Of a DNA stretch of 64,000 nucleotides, positions 1 through 9,615 are shown piece after piece. The notes beneath the pieces were generated by a model. That model was not told the DNA's origin. It saw only the letters and a program-made list of their open reading frames with translations, and made no database searches. The translations under genes and the position numbers were made by a program. Source of the stretch: Opitutaceae bacterium (GTDB lineage Bacteria; Verrucomicrobiota; Verrucomicrobiia; Opitutales; Coraliomargaritaceae); assembly GCA_051252375.1 (NCBI GenBank), contig JBPOFY010000002.1:128001-192000 (forward strand), given 5' to 3'. Each line of letters starts with the position of its first letter. Positions within the stretch are counted from its first letter, which is position 1.

Positions 1-1153
1 CTTCGGCGCTTCCGACGATGTGTTGGGAACCATCGAGAGTGGCGTCGATTTCGAGAAGCGCATTCTTGCCATTTACCAGGAGTGTCGCACGCCCAAGGAG
101 ATCGATACCGCCTTTCAAAAACTCCGCAACGAGCTGGATGAGTCCATCCAAAACAGGATGGCGGATACACAGAAAGCCCTGATCGAGCATTTCGACGAAG
201 ATGTGCATGCCCGTCTCAAGATGGAGCTGGCCGACACCAAAAACCGCCTCGATGCCTTTGGCCGTCGCTTCTGGGGCTTGAGCCGGCATGTCATTGGCCA
301 GCGAGCCGAGTGGATCGAAGACGACCATTCGTTTGCTCTCAAGCAATCCCCCGCAGACGACATTGCGAAGGGGCATTACTACTTGATCAGTAAGGAGAAG
401 AAGCCATCAGAGCAGGGCCCAACGGATCAGCATGGTCATTTTCTGTATCGCATCTCACATCCGCTGGGTGAATGGGCCACCGAGGCAGGTAAGGCATTAG
501 ACACACAGACCAGCGAAGTCGTGTTTGATATTACCAATCACCCGACGAAGTTGGCCTTAGTGGATGCGCTCAAAGGGCAGTGCGGCTATTTACGCCTCAA
601 CCGTCTTCAGATTGAGAGCTACGAAGAAGAGGAGTATCTACTCTTCTCCGCCTTCGATGATGCAGGCAAATCGCTTGATCAGGAAACCTGCGAGAAGCTT
701 TTTAATTGCGGTGGAATCACCACAGCTTGGGATGTCAGTCTTCCCAGTCCAATTATAGACCGCCTAGACCAAGAATCGAAGCGCCACAACGACGCGACGA
801 TCAACCGATCACTGGATTCCAATAGCCAGCATTTCAACCAAGCTCGTGAGCGCCTGGAACTATGGGCCGAAGATTCCATCATTGCAGCAGAGCAGGCGAT
901 TCGAGACACCAAAGAGCAAATCAAAGCCCTGCGGCGTGAAAGCCGTAGTGCGGAGACGCTTACCGCGCAAAAAGAGCTTCAAGAAAAGATTCAATCACTC
1001 GAGAAAAAACAGAAGCGTCAACGGCGAGACATCTTTGACAGAGAAGATGAAATCACCGACAAGCGTGATGCCTTGATCACCGAATTAGAACGCCGCCTTT
1101 CTCAACAAACCGAACACAGCGAACTCTTCACTATTCGCTGGAAAGTTATTTAA
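1..1153 (+). CDS. C-terminal part of an SNF2-family helicase-like protein associated with type III R-M (5' truncated by window edge)
   Basis: Frame is open from the window start (FGASDDVLGTIESGVDFEKRI...). It has a coiled-coil C-terminus ending LFTIRWKVI and lies 14 bp upstream of mod. Helicase motifs are outside the window, so the family call rests on recognising this C-terminal region. Confidence 0.6.
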   Translation, partial: FGASDDVLGTIESGVDFEKRILAIYQECRTPKEIDTAFQKLRNELDESIQNRMADTQKALIEHFDEDVHARLKMELADTKNRLDAFGRRFWGLSRHVIGQRAEWIEDDHSFALKQSPADDIAKGHYYLISKEKKPSEQGPTDQHGHFLYRISHPLGEWATEAGKALDTQTSEVVFDITNHPTKLALVDALKGQCGYLRLNRLQIESYEEEEYLLFSAFDDAGKSLDQETCEKLFNCGGITTAWDVSLPSPIIDRLDQESKRHNDATINRSLDSNSQHFNQARERLELWAEDSIIAAEQAIRDTKEQIKALRRESRSAETLTAQKELQEKIQSLEKKQKRQRRDIFDREDEITDKRDALITELERRLSQQTEHSELFTIRWKVI

Positions 1154-1167
1154 ACATCCACTCACAC

Positions 1168-4100
1168 ATGAGCAAATACGACGACCTTGTTAAAAAACTA
1201 CGTGAGATCTTTCAGATCGATAAACCCGATCTGGATTTCGGCATCTACCGCATCATCAACCAGCGGGCCGAACAGATCGACAACTACCTCAAAAACACGC
1301 TCCGTGAAAAGGTGGAGACCGAGATTGGCAAACGCCAGAATGCGGACGCCGACTGCAAGCGCGCCGACCTCATAGCGCAAATCCGCGACGAATTTGGTAA
1401 ACGCGCCTTTGACGATGCGGGCGATCTTACGGATGCCGACGCACTAGCAAGCGAGCTTGGCCAGCAACTGACTGCTTTGGATGCCGGCGCTGCCACCAAT
1501 GCCGAGCACGAGAACGCCGTATTCTCTCACCTGCTGACCTTCTTCCCTCGTTACTACCATAAGGCTGACTTCATCAGCCAACGCCGCTACAAGGGCGATA
1601 CGTATGCGATCCCCTATTCTGGCGAAGAGGTAATGCTCCACTGGGCCAACAAGGATCAATACTATATTAAGAGCGGTGAGAATTTCTCCAACTACACTTT
1701 CAAGCTCGATGATGGGCGCAAGGTGCACTTCCGCTTGGTTTCTGCCGATACTGCCAAGGACAATCGTAAGGATAACGATAAGGATCGCCGTTTCGCCTTA
1801 GTGGAAAACAAGACAGTCGTGCGCACCGATGACGAAGGCGAAGAATACGAAGAAACCATCGTGCCGGTTGAAGAATGTGAAGTCATCGAAGGTGGCGAAA
1901 CGACCACTGAGCTGGTGCTGCGCTTCGAATACATTCCCGTCGATAAAAAGACCAAGCAAGAAGCCCTGATCACAACTGCGCTCAAACGTATCTTTGACGA
2001 TGCGACTGTCAAAGCACGTTGGCTCGACCTGAGTGCCCGCAAACCGACGGAGAAGAATCCGCAGCGCACCGTCCTCGAAAAGAATCTAACCGACTATACC
2101 TCAAAGAATTCGTCGGACTATTTCATCCATAAAGATTTGAGTGGCTTCCTCAGCAACGAACTTGATTTCTACATCAAAAACGAGGTCATGCATCTCGACG
2201 ATGTGCAGGATGCAGAGAAATTTGCCGACATCGAAAAGAGCTTACGGATGATTCAATGCTTCCGAGCAATTGGTCAGGAACTCATTCGCTTCCTCGCTCA
2301 AATTGAAGACTTTCAAAAGAAGCTTTGGCTGAAAAAGAAGTTCGTCGTCGAGACCAACTACTGCATCACGCTCGATCGTGTGCCGGAAGAATTGTATCCG
2401 GAAATTGTTACCAACGATGCGCAGCGAGAAGAATGGGTGAAGCTCTTTGCGATTGATCAGATTAAAGGAGAGAAACTCGGTGAAGTGGCTTATTCTGAGC
2501 CACTGTCTGTGGGTTTTTTAAAAGCAAATGATAAACTATTAATTGATACAAGGTTCTACGACAATAAGTTCCGTTCAGCTGCTCTATCGACGCTTGATCA
2601 TACAACCAGTGACGGAACCTTAGTGTATTCTGAAAACTTCCAAGGCCTTAGACTACTAAAAGAAACTATACGGAATCAATGTAAGTGCGTTTACATTGAC
2701 CCTCCATATAACACGAATTCCACACCGATACTATACAAGAACGGTTACAAAAGCTCTAGTTGGAATTCATTAATGTTCGACCGACTGCAGCAAGGCGTAT
2801 CTACACTTAGCGACAATGGAGTTATGGCAATTGCTATTGATGATGCAGAGTTAACTAATCTTTCTACAATGTTAAATGACTACTCGGATTATTATAAGCA
2901 ATCTAGAGTCGCGATAACAACGAACCCCAAAGGAAGCATTACTAAAGACTTTAACCGTGTGCATGATTATACTTTGTTCTTGGTCCCTCATTCGAAAAAA
3001 AGAATCGCTAGGATTTTGCAGGAGAACGACAGCCCGAGGAAAATGAGGAGATGGGGTGAAAACTCCAAAAGAACCGACAGGAAAGAATCGTTCTACCCTG
3101 TTTATGTTAAAAATGGTAAAGTGGTTAAAATCGGAATAAAGCCAGAGGATGATTTTCATCCAGCTAGTAAAAATACTATCGATGGAGAACTGACGGCCAT
3201 ATGGCCTATTGATAAAAATGGTATAGAACGTAGGTGGAATTTTGGGTTAGATTCGATTGAGTCTAATTTAAACCGAATAACATGTATAGAAGTTGACGGC
3301 GAGTTAGATCTATTCTTAACACACGAAGAAACCGTGCCTAAGACCATATGGAATGGAGGAGACTTTGACGCAGGCAAGCATGGGAATTCACTTCTTATCG
3401 ATCTACTTGGACCACCTAAAAAATTCGATTTCCCTAAATCGCTCAAGACCGTTGAGAGCTGCATAAATATATCATGCAACGGTGAGTCCGATGGCATAAT
3501 ACTAGATTACTTCCCAGGATCCGGAACAACTGGACATGCAGTTGTAAATCTGAACCGTAATGATGGAGGGCATCGAAAATACATTTTAATAGAAATGGGT
3601 GCACACTTCAAAACGGTGCTGCTTCCACGAATGCAAAAGGTCATTTATTCGTCTGATTGGTCTGACGGGGAACCCACGCGTCGTGACACCGGCATCTCCC
3701 ACTGCTTCAAATACATCCGCCTAGAATCCTACGAAGACACGCTGAACAATCTTCATCTCAAGCGAAACGACGCCGAGGAACTTTTTACGGATGAACTGAA
3801 AGACGACTATTTGCTCAACTACATGTTGGACGTCGAAAGCCAAGGCTCGCTGCTTTCCGTCGACGACTTCAAAAAACCGTTTGATTACATGCTAAAGATT
3901 GCGGCCGACTCAGCGGGTGCGTTCACCACGCAGAAAGTGGATCTGGTCGAGACCTTCAACTATCTCATCGGCCTGCGCGTGAAGCACATCGACGCACAGT
4001 TTGAACGTGGCTACGTAGCCGTCGAAGGCACCCTGCCCAGCGAGGAGCGTTGCCTGGTGCTCTGGCGCGACTGTGAGCTAGTTGATTACGACGCGCTGAA

Positions 4101-4290
4101 CAAACTCTGTGAGAAACTACAGATCAACCCGAAGGATAGCGAATACGACGTCGTCTACATCAACGGCGACCACAACATCCCCTCAGTCACGCAGGAAACC
4201 GAGGACGAAGGCGGGATCAGCCGCAGCTTGAAACTGCGCCAAATCGAGCCTGAATTCCTGAAGCAAATGTTTGAGGTGGAGGACGTTTAG
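1168..4290 (+). CDS. mod: Type III restriction-modification DNA methyltransferase (Mod)
   Basis: YIDPPYN catalytic motif precedes the DYFPGSGTTG SAM-binding motif (beta-class order). N-terminal DLDFGIYRI; abuts res. Confidence 0.9.
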   Translation: MSKYDDLVKKLREIFQIDKPDLDFGIYRIINQRAEQIDNYLKNTLREKVETEIGKRQNADADCKRADLIAQIRDEFGKRAFDDAGDLTDADALASELGQQLTALDAGAATNAEHENAVFSHLLTFFPRYYHKADFISQRRYKGDTYAIPYSGEEVMLHWANKDQYYIKSGENFSNYTFKLDDGRKVHFRLVSADTAKDNRKDNDKDRRFALVENKTVVRTDDEGEEYEETIVPVEECEVIEGGETTTELVLRFEYIPVDKKTKQEALITTALKRIFDDATVKARWLDLSARKPTEKNPQRTVLEKNLTDYTSKNSSDYFIHKDLSGFLSNELDFYIKNEVMHLDDVQDAEKFADIEKSLRMIQCFRAIGQELIRFLAQIEDFQKKLWLKKKFVVETNYCITLDRVPEELYPEIVTNDAQREEWVKLFAIDQIKGEKLGEVAYSEPLSVGFLKANDKLLIDTRFYDNKFRSAALSTLDHTTSDGTLVYSENFQGLRLLKETIRNQCKCVYIDPPYNTNSTPILYKNGYKSSSWNSLMFDRLQQGVSTLSDNGVMAIAIDDAELTNLSTMLNDYSDYYKQSRVAITTNPKGSITKDFNRVHDYTLFLVPHSKKRIARILQENDSPRKMRRWGENSKRTDRKESFYPVYVKNGKVVKIGIKPEDDFHPASKNTIDGELTAIWPIDKNGIERRWNFGLDSIESNLNRITCIEVDGELDLFLTHEETVPKTIWNGGDFDAGKHGNSLLIDLLGPPKKFDFPKSLKTVESCINISCNGESDGIILDYFPGSGTTGHAVVNLNRNDGGHRKYILIEMGAHFKTVLLPRMQKVIYSSDWSDGEPTRRDTGISHCFKYIRLESYEDTLNNLHLKRNDAEELFTDELKDDYLLNYMLDVESQGSLLSVDDFKKPFDYMLKIAADSAGAFTTQKVDLVETFNYLIGLRVKHIDAQFERGYVAVEGTLPSEERCLVLWRDCELVDYDALNKLCEKLQINPKDSEYDVVYINGDHNIPSVTQETEDEGGISRSLKLRQIEPEFLKQMFEVEDV

Positions 4291-7200
4291 ATGGCAGTTA
4301 AACGAACACCAAAGAGGAAGCGAAGCTTTCACCAAGACTTGGTTCTCAATCGCTGGTTGCTGGGCTTTTTCAATGGGGACACCATCCAGAAGCTAAAGCT
4401 ACGCCTCGGCGAAGATCGCTATGAAGGTCTACACGAAGATGGCCAGTCGCTATTCTTTCATGAACTGACTGGCAACCTGTTCAATATAGACCGAATCAGC
4501 GAGGATGAGTTGCGCCGTTATGATCTAAGTATTGTTACGTATTGGGACGAGATAACAACCACTCGCAACAAGCGTGAAGGACACGTGCTCCAGATGAAAT
4601 ACTTCCAGTATCTCTCTCTGCTTTTCACTGAGATTTACTTGGATTGGTATTTCAACCGCAAGCAGTTGCTTCTCGATGGGCTCAATGAAGCACTGGAGCA
4701 ATTTCACATCGATGAAGGCCAGATTCTCTTTCAGCCTTTTGTGGCCGATGATCTCAATAAGATCGCATTTTGGAACGCAACGGGAAGTGGCAAGACGCTG
4801 CTGCTGCACGTAAACATCAAGCAATACCTGCACTATTTCCAGGACGGTCGCAATGGTGTCTACCCTGATAAAATAATTCTGCTAACTCCAAATGAGGGCC
4901 TATCCAAACAGCACCTCGAAGAAGCACAACAATCCGGCTTTGGATTTACCAAGCTCTTTGAGAAGGATAAAGAGCCAGACTTCAAGGGCACCATCGAGGT
5001 GATAGACATCAATAAGCTTGGCGACACGATGGGCGACAAAACCGTCGCTGTGGATGCCTTCGAGGGCAACAACCTGGTGCTGGTCGACGAAGGGCACCGT
5101 GGCACAGGCTCGGATGCGGGCGCATGGATGCGGCGGCGCAGCGCACTGATTTCAAATGGTTTTGCCTTCGAGTATTCTGCCACCTTCGGGCAAGCAGTTG
5201 GCAAAGGGCCGACAGTCGAAAAAGCTGAAGACGAAATCCGAAAAAACAAGGCTAAGACGATTCACGGCACAACGAAGCTGAGCGATATCCCGAAAGGCGA
5301 AATCTCAAAGGTCACGCTCACTAATGAAGACCGACAGACAGCTCGTAATAATGCCACGCGTGAAACCTACGCAAAGTGCACGCTCTTCGACTACTCTTAC
5401 AAGTATTTCTACGAAGACGGCTACGGTAAGGAGTTTCTGATTCTCAACCTGAAAGAAGACAAGGAAGACGATGACCAGAAGCTCTACTTCACAGCTTGCT
5501 TACTCAGCTTCTACCAGCAAATCTGGCTATGGGAAACCAAGAAGCTAGCGCTCACAGACTATAACATTGAGAAGCCTCTCTGGGTGTTCGTCGGCAACAA
5601 GGTCAACGACGACGATTCCGACATTTTGACAGTCACGAAGTTCCTTGGCGACTTCCTCAATACTCCGAAGCAAATGGTGCCTTGGATTGCGGATCTAATT
5701 GCTGACAATACACGCATTCTCGACGTAAAGGGTAACAATATTTTCCATCAGCGTTTTCTACCAATGATGGGACGGGAGGCCGACGAAGTTTATCACGACA
5801 TCTTAAAGCGACTCTTTAATGCGGATGCGCCGCAGCGGCTCAAACTCGTGAATATTAAGAGCAGCAAGGGCGAACTGGCACTGCGTGTCGGCGAGTCAGA
5901 GCCTTTTGGACTGATCAATGTCGGTGAAGGTTCGAAATTTCACACATTAGCCGAAAACAATAGCGACGGGCTTTTCGATACCGAATCCGATGAGTTTGGC
6001 GGGGCACTCTTCGGCTCGATCAATCGCAAGGATAGCCCTTTGAACGTGTTGATTGGATCACGTAAGTTCACTGAAGGTTGGAGTAGTTGGCGTGTGTCCA
6101 CCATGGGGCTGCTAAATATGGGTACGGGTGAAGGTTCACAAATCATTCAGCTCTTTGGCCGTGGCGTCCGACTGAAAGGCAGCAACTTCTCACTGAAGCG
6201 GACATCTGTGACAGAGCGCCCCAAGGGCCTACACTTGGATAAATTGGAGACGCTCAACATCTTCGGTGTCCGCGCCAACTACATGGCCAAGTTTAAGGAC
6301 TATCTCAAAGAAGAAGGCATCACGCCGACGGATGAGATCTTAGAGCTCGATTTTCCAACCAAGGCGAACCTGCCCAGCAATAAGCTCAAGACGCTTGGCC
6401 TCAAAGACGGCTACAAGGACAACCAGAAGAATGGTTTTAAACGGAAGCACTTCCCGGACCTCTACGAGGTGCCTGCGGCTTTCATGGATGCAAAGACGAA
6501 GCAGCCAAAGATCAAAATGCCGCATGTAGTCGTGGATCTGTATCCGCGTATCGAAGCATTGAGTAGCACATCCAAAGGGAGTGCGTCTAAGAAGGAGGCT
6601 CGAAGCGAAGCGAAGCTTTCATCTGAAGTGATGGAGCATTTCAATTGGGATCAACTCTTCCTCGCGGTTCAGGACTACAAATTGCAACGCAGTTGGAGCA
6701 ATTTGCGCGTCTCGAAAGAGCGGCTCAAAGCCTTCTGCTTCGCCGGTAATAGCTGGTATACACTGTATGCCCCGGCCAAAGAGATGCAGGTCACGCGCTA
6801 CAGCGATGTCTTTAAGCAGCAGCGCATACTCACACAGCTATTGATCGATTATACGGATCGTTTCTACAAGGCGCTCAAGAATGCCTATGAAGGCCAATTC
6901 TATGAGGTCATCGCAATGGATGAAGATCATAGCTCCATGCTCAAGCTGTATCACTTCGAAATCGAAGACAGCAGCGCAGGACAGGTTTATCATCAACGCC
7001 TAGAAGTGCTCAAGCAACTGATCGCCGATGGCAAACTGGCCGACGCATCCAAGAGCGCTCCGAATCAAATGGTCGCGATCTGCTTTGATCGTCACCTCTA
7101 CTATCCGCTACTGCATGTCGAAGATCCCAAGGGAGTGCCGCTGAAGCTTCGCCCGATGGCCTTTGACGCTGAGAGCGAAGTCCGCTTCGTAAAAGACTTA

Positions 7201-7638
7201 GAAACCTTCTACAAGACGAAGATAGGCGAGGCAGCGCTCAAAGGACGTAGCCTTTACCTTCTTCGAAATGCAGACAGCAAAGGCAGAGGTCTCGGCTTTG
7301 CAACCGCAGGCAATTTCTATCCCGACTTCCTGCTTTGGCTAGTCGATGATGAGACAGGTCAGCAGTGGCTCAACTTTGTTGATCCAAAGGGCATCCGTAA
7401 CATTGACCTCTCGCATCCTAAATTACAGCTCTACCGTGAAGTGAAGAATGTCGAAAAAGAACTCAAAGATCCAAAGTTGACGCTCAACGCATTCATCCTA
7501 TCCGGCACTAGCTTCGAGGACTTGCTCAACGTAAAAGGCAAGGTCAGTAAGAACGAGCTCGAAGACCGCCATGTGCTCTTCATGGACGACGTCGGAAAGC
7601 ACGCTTACCTGAAATCGATGTTTAATCGGATTAAATGA
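4291..7638 (+). CDS. res: Type III restriction endonuclease subunit (Res), SF2 helicase plus PD-(D/E)xK nuclease
   Basis: Walker A ATGSGKT, DEGH, SAT, QLFGRGVR motifs; C-terminal FYPDF...FVDPKG. Starts immediately after the mod stop. Confidence 0.9.
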   Translation: MAVKRTPKRKRSFHQDLVLNRWLLGFFNGDTIQKLKLRLGEDRYEGLHEDGQSLFFHELTGNLFNIDRISEDELRRYDLSIVTYWDEITTTRNKREGHVLQMKYFQYLSLLFTEIYLDWYFNRKQLLLDGLNEALEQFHIDEGQILFQPFVADDLNKIAFWNATGSGKTLLLHVNIKQYLHYFQDGRNGVYPDKIILLTPNEGLSKQHLEEAQQSGFGFTKLFEKDKEPDFKGTIEVIDINKLGDTMGDKTVAVDAFEGNNLVLVDEGHRGTGSDAGAWMRRRSALISNGFAFEYSATFGQAVGKGPTVEKAEDEIRKNKAKTIHGTTKLSDIPKGEISKVTLTNEDRQTARNNATRETYAKCTLFDYSYKYFYEDGYGKEFLILNLKEDKEDDDQKLYFTACLLSFYQQIWLWETKKLALTDYNIEKPLWVFVGNKVNDDDSDILTVTKFLGDFLNTPKQMVPWIADLIADNTRILDVKGNNIFHQRFLPMMGREADEVYHDILKRLFNADAPQRLKLVNIKSSKGELALRVGESEPFGLINVGEGSKFHTLAENNSDGLFDTESDEFGGALFGSINRKDSPLNVLIGSRKFTEGWSSWRVSTMGLLNMGTGEGSQIIQLFGRGVRLKGSNFSLKRTSVTERPKGLHLDKLETLNIFGVRANYMAKFKDYLKEEGITPTDEILELDFPTKANLPSNKLKTLGLKDGYKDNQKNGFKRKHFPDLYEVPAAFMDAKTKQPKIKMPHVVVDLYPRIEALSSTSKGSASKKEARSEAKLSSEVMEHFNWDQLFLAVQDYKLQRSWSNLRVSKERLKAFCFAGNSWYTLYAPAKEMQVTRYSDVFKQQRILTQLLIDYTDRFYKALKNAYEGQFYEVIAMDEDHSSMLKLYHFEIEDSSAGQVYHQRLEVLKQLIADGKLADASKSAPNQMVAICFDRHLYYPLLHVEDPKGVPLKLRPMAFDAESEVRFVKDLETFYKTKIGEAALKGRSLYLLRNADSKGRGLGFATAGNFYPDFLLWLVDDETGQQWLNFVDPKGIRNIDLSHPKLQLYREVKNVEKELKDPKLTLNAFILSGTSFEDLLNVKGKVSKNELEDRHVLFMDDVGKHAYLKSMFNRIK

Positions 7639-8396
7639 AAATGAGCCGCACCGAACTCTACCATCGCTTACGCGCCTTTCCGACCAATGTTCAATGGTCC
7701 TGGTGCGCGATGCATGAACACCAGGAGTTTGCTGTATTCACTATTTGGGAAGATCGTATTATCGATGGAAGAAATTGCCTGACGCCCGAAGATCTTAAAA
7801 AGCGTAAGGGCAACGGCTATAAAGACCAGATGCGCGTTATTGAACAGGCGATGGCGCTTGGTATTCCTGCTTATGGTATGGTCGCTGTAGCAAAGGACCC
7901 GGAGGCAAATCCGCGACGCATCAAAAGTTTTGACGATCAATATTTGATACAGCTGGAGCTAAGCCAGGAGGGAGGGCTCTACTATGCGCGGCATCTCGAT
8001 AAAGTGCATGTGCTCGATGTCATCAATCGCCGCAAAGATTCCGCACTCTCTGATTTGACCGCAAGTCCGCCAGAAGGTGTAACCGCGCCCGATCGAGCCC
8101 TAAGTGTGGGTTTTAGCTTCAAGCGCGACCCCAAGGTCAGAGCGTATGTCATCAAGCGCGCGAAGGGCTGCTGCGAATACTGCGGCAAGCAAGGCTTTGA
8201 GATGGCCAATGGTCAGCACTACATCGAAGCGCACCACATCATTGCTCTAAGCCAGCAAGGCGACGATACACCGCAGAATGTAATCGCCCTTTGTCCCGAG
8301 CATCACCGTGAAGCACATTTCGGCGTTGATACTGAACCCTTGGAACATGCGTTTATCAGTAAGCTCAATGTCATTGAGCAAGTGGCAACCAATTAA
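7635..8396 (+). CDS. HNH endonuclease with unassigned N-terminal domain (McrA-like, possible type IV REase)
   Basis: CEYC...IEAHHII...DTPQNVIALCPEHHREAH HNH/zinc motif; overlaps the res stop. Confidence 0.8.
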   Translation: MKMSRTELYHRLRAFPTNVQWSWCAMHEHQEFAVFTIWEDRIIDGRNCLTPEDLKKRKGNGYKDQMRVIEQAMALGIPAYGMVAVAKDPEANPRRIKSFDDQYLIQLELSQEGGLYYARHLDKVHVLDVINRRKDSALSDLTASPPEGVTAPDRALSVGFSFKRDPKVRAYVIKRAKGCCEYCGKQGFEMANGQHYIEAHHIIALSQQGDDTPQNVIALCPEHHREAHFGVDTEPLEHAFISKLNVIEQVATN

Positions 8397-8402
8397 AGCA
8401 CT

Positions 8403-9242
8403 ATGTATTATTTAGCCATTAATGAGAACACCAAAGTCGTATATGCAGGCGGAGCTAGACAGCACATGGATCGTTTGATGCCGAACCCTGTATTAGTCCC
8501 CTTTGCTTTTGGACAGCCCGAAGGCACTGATCCGGATAAGCATGTGTTTCTTGAAGAGAGTTTTGATCCCGTAACGAAAATTAGACGTGGAAGAGTATAT
8601 CGAAGGGAAGACGGTTCATATCCTCAATATATGACGGTGCGGGATCCATATGGAAAATTTCACGTCTGCTCTGAGTCAGTCGTCATCTATCAAAGAGATA
8701 TCTTGAACGAGTGGCGGGATACTTCACTGCAAAAGATGCCAACCGTATGTCTGGGGCAAGCACCATTCTTTACGCAATGGAAACTCATTCAAATCGAGGC
8801 GGATATTTCTCGAAGCACGCTGCTGGTGCTAAAGTCCTACCGTTCCTTTGGAGAACTCCCGGAGTTGATTGAGGAGGAGATTCCAGTAGTTATTCGTAAG
8901 TCACTCTACGAGCGTATTGAGCACGTAGAATCTAGTATCCACAATCAGACACCTCATAACATTGCAGATCGCTGTCGAGATGCGCTCGCCCTCATTTTTA
9001 GCCATATCGCCGAATGTCCGACTGCCGACTTGGATGAGGCACTAAAGAAATACGAAAAACATCCTCTCGGGACCCAAAAGCACCTAATCCAACACGCCAG
9101 TCACGTCGTGCGGATGCTCCACTCACGTGGCAAACCCAACGCTGGAACGAAGTGGCAAACACGCCCCTTAGATGAAGCCGAAGGGCAGCTTGCTGTGAGA
9201 TCATTGGGGCTGGTGCTAAAAGATCTGAACTGGGCACAGTGA
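8403..9242 (+). CDS. Hypothetical defence-island protein; helical C-terminus reminiscent of Abi-C/HEPN-like domains
   Basis: 279-aa ORF 6 bp after the HNH gene; DRCRDAL and RMLHSRGKPN segments. Confidence 0.5.
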   Translation: MYYLAINENTKVVYAGGARQHMDRLMPNPVLVPFAFGQPEGTDPDKHVFLEESFDPVTKIRRGRVYRREDGSYPQYMTVRDPYGKFHVCSESVVIYQRDILNEWRDTSLQKMPTVCLGQAPFFTQWKLIQIEADISRSTLLVLKSYRSFGELPELIEEEIPVVIRKSLYERIEHVESSIHNQTPHNIADRCRDALALIFSHIAECPTADLDEALKKYEKHPLGTQKHLIQHASHVVRMLHSRGKPNAGTKWQTRPLDEAEGQLAVRSLGLVLKDLNWAQ

Positions 9243-9306
9243 GGATATACTAATATAAAACACTATCTGCGCACAATGTAATCGCTAAATAAACTCTAAT
9301 AATATC

Positions 9307-9615
9307 ATGGCCACAGGACTCTCCAATAAACTCACAGGACAAATCGGCGAATACATGGTGTGCGCCGAGTTGGGTAGGCTTGGTCTGATTGCGACATCGT
9401 TTACAGGGAATGTGCCCGAATACGACTTGTTGGTCTGTGACTCGGGACTGAAGTCGCTCCCAATACAGGTCAAAACAACCCGCAGCGCGACATGGCCCAG
9501 TCGAGCAGATCATTGCAGACCATCTACGCACTACTCACGCTTCTGTCAACTTTCACACTTTCAACCTTCCTATCTTCACACTTTCACCCTTTCCAACCTC
9601 AACTCCACATCATGA
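9307..9615 (+). pseudogene. Probably truncated PD-(D/E)xK nuclease
   Basis: GQIGEYMVCAEL...YDLLV...IQVKT nuclease core in the first ~65 aa, then a low-complexity tail translated from a tandem repeat. Confidence 0.5.
9549..9595. repeat. Degenerate ~8-bp tandem repeat (ACTTTCAC-like)
   Basis: actttcac actttcaa ccttccta tcttcac actttcac cctttcca. Confidence 0.6.

Noticed and set aside
9492..9611. N-terminal extension of DUF2130
   Set aside because: Translated from the tandem repeat; MKDIICPHC at 9612 is the more typical start.
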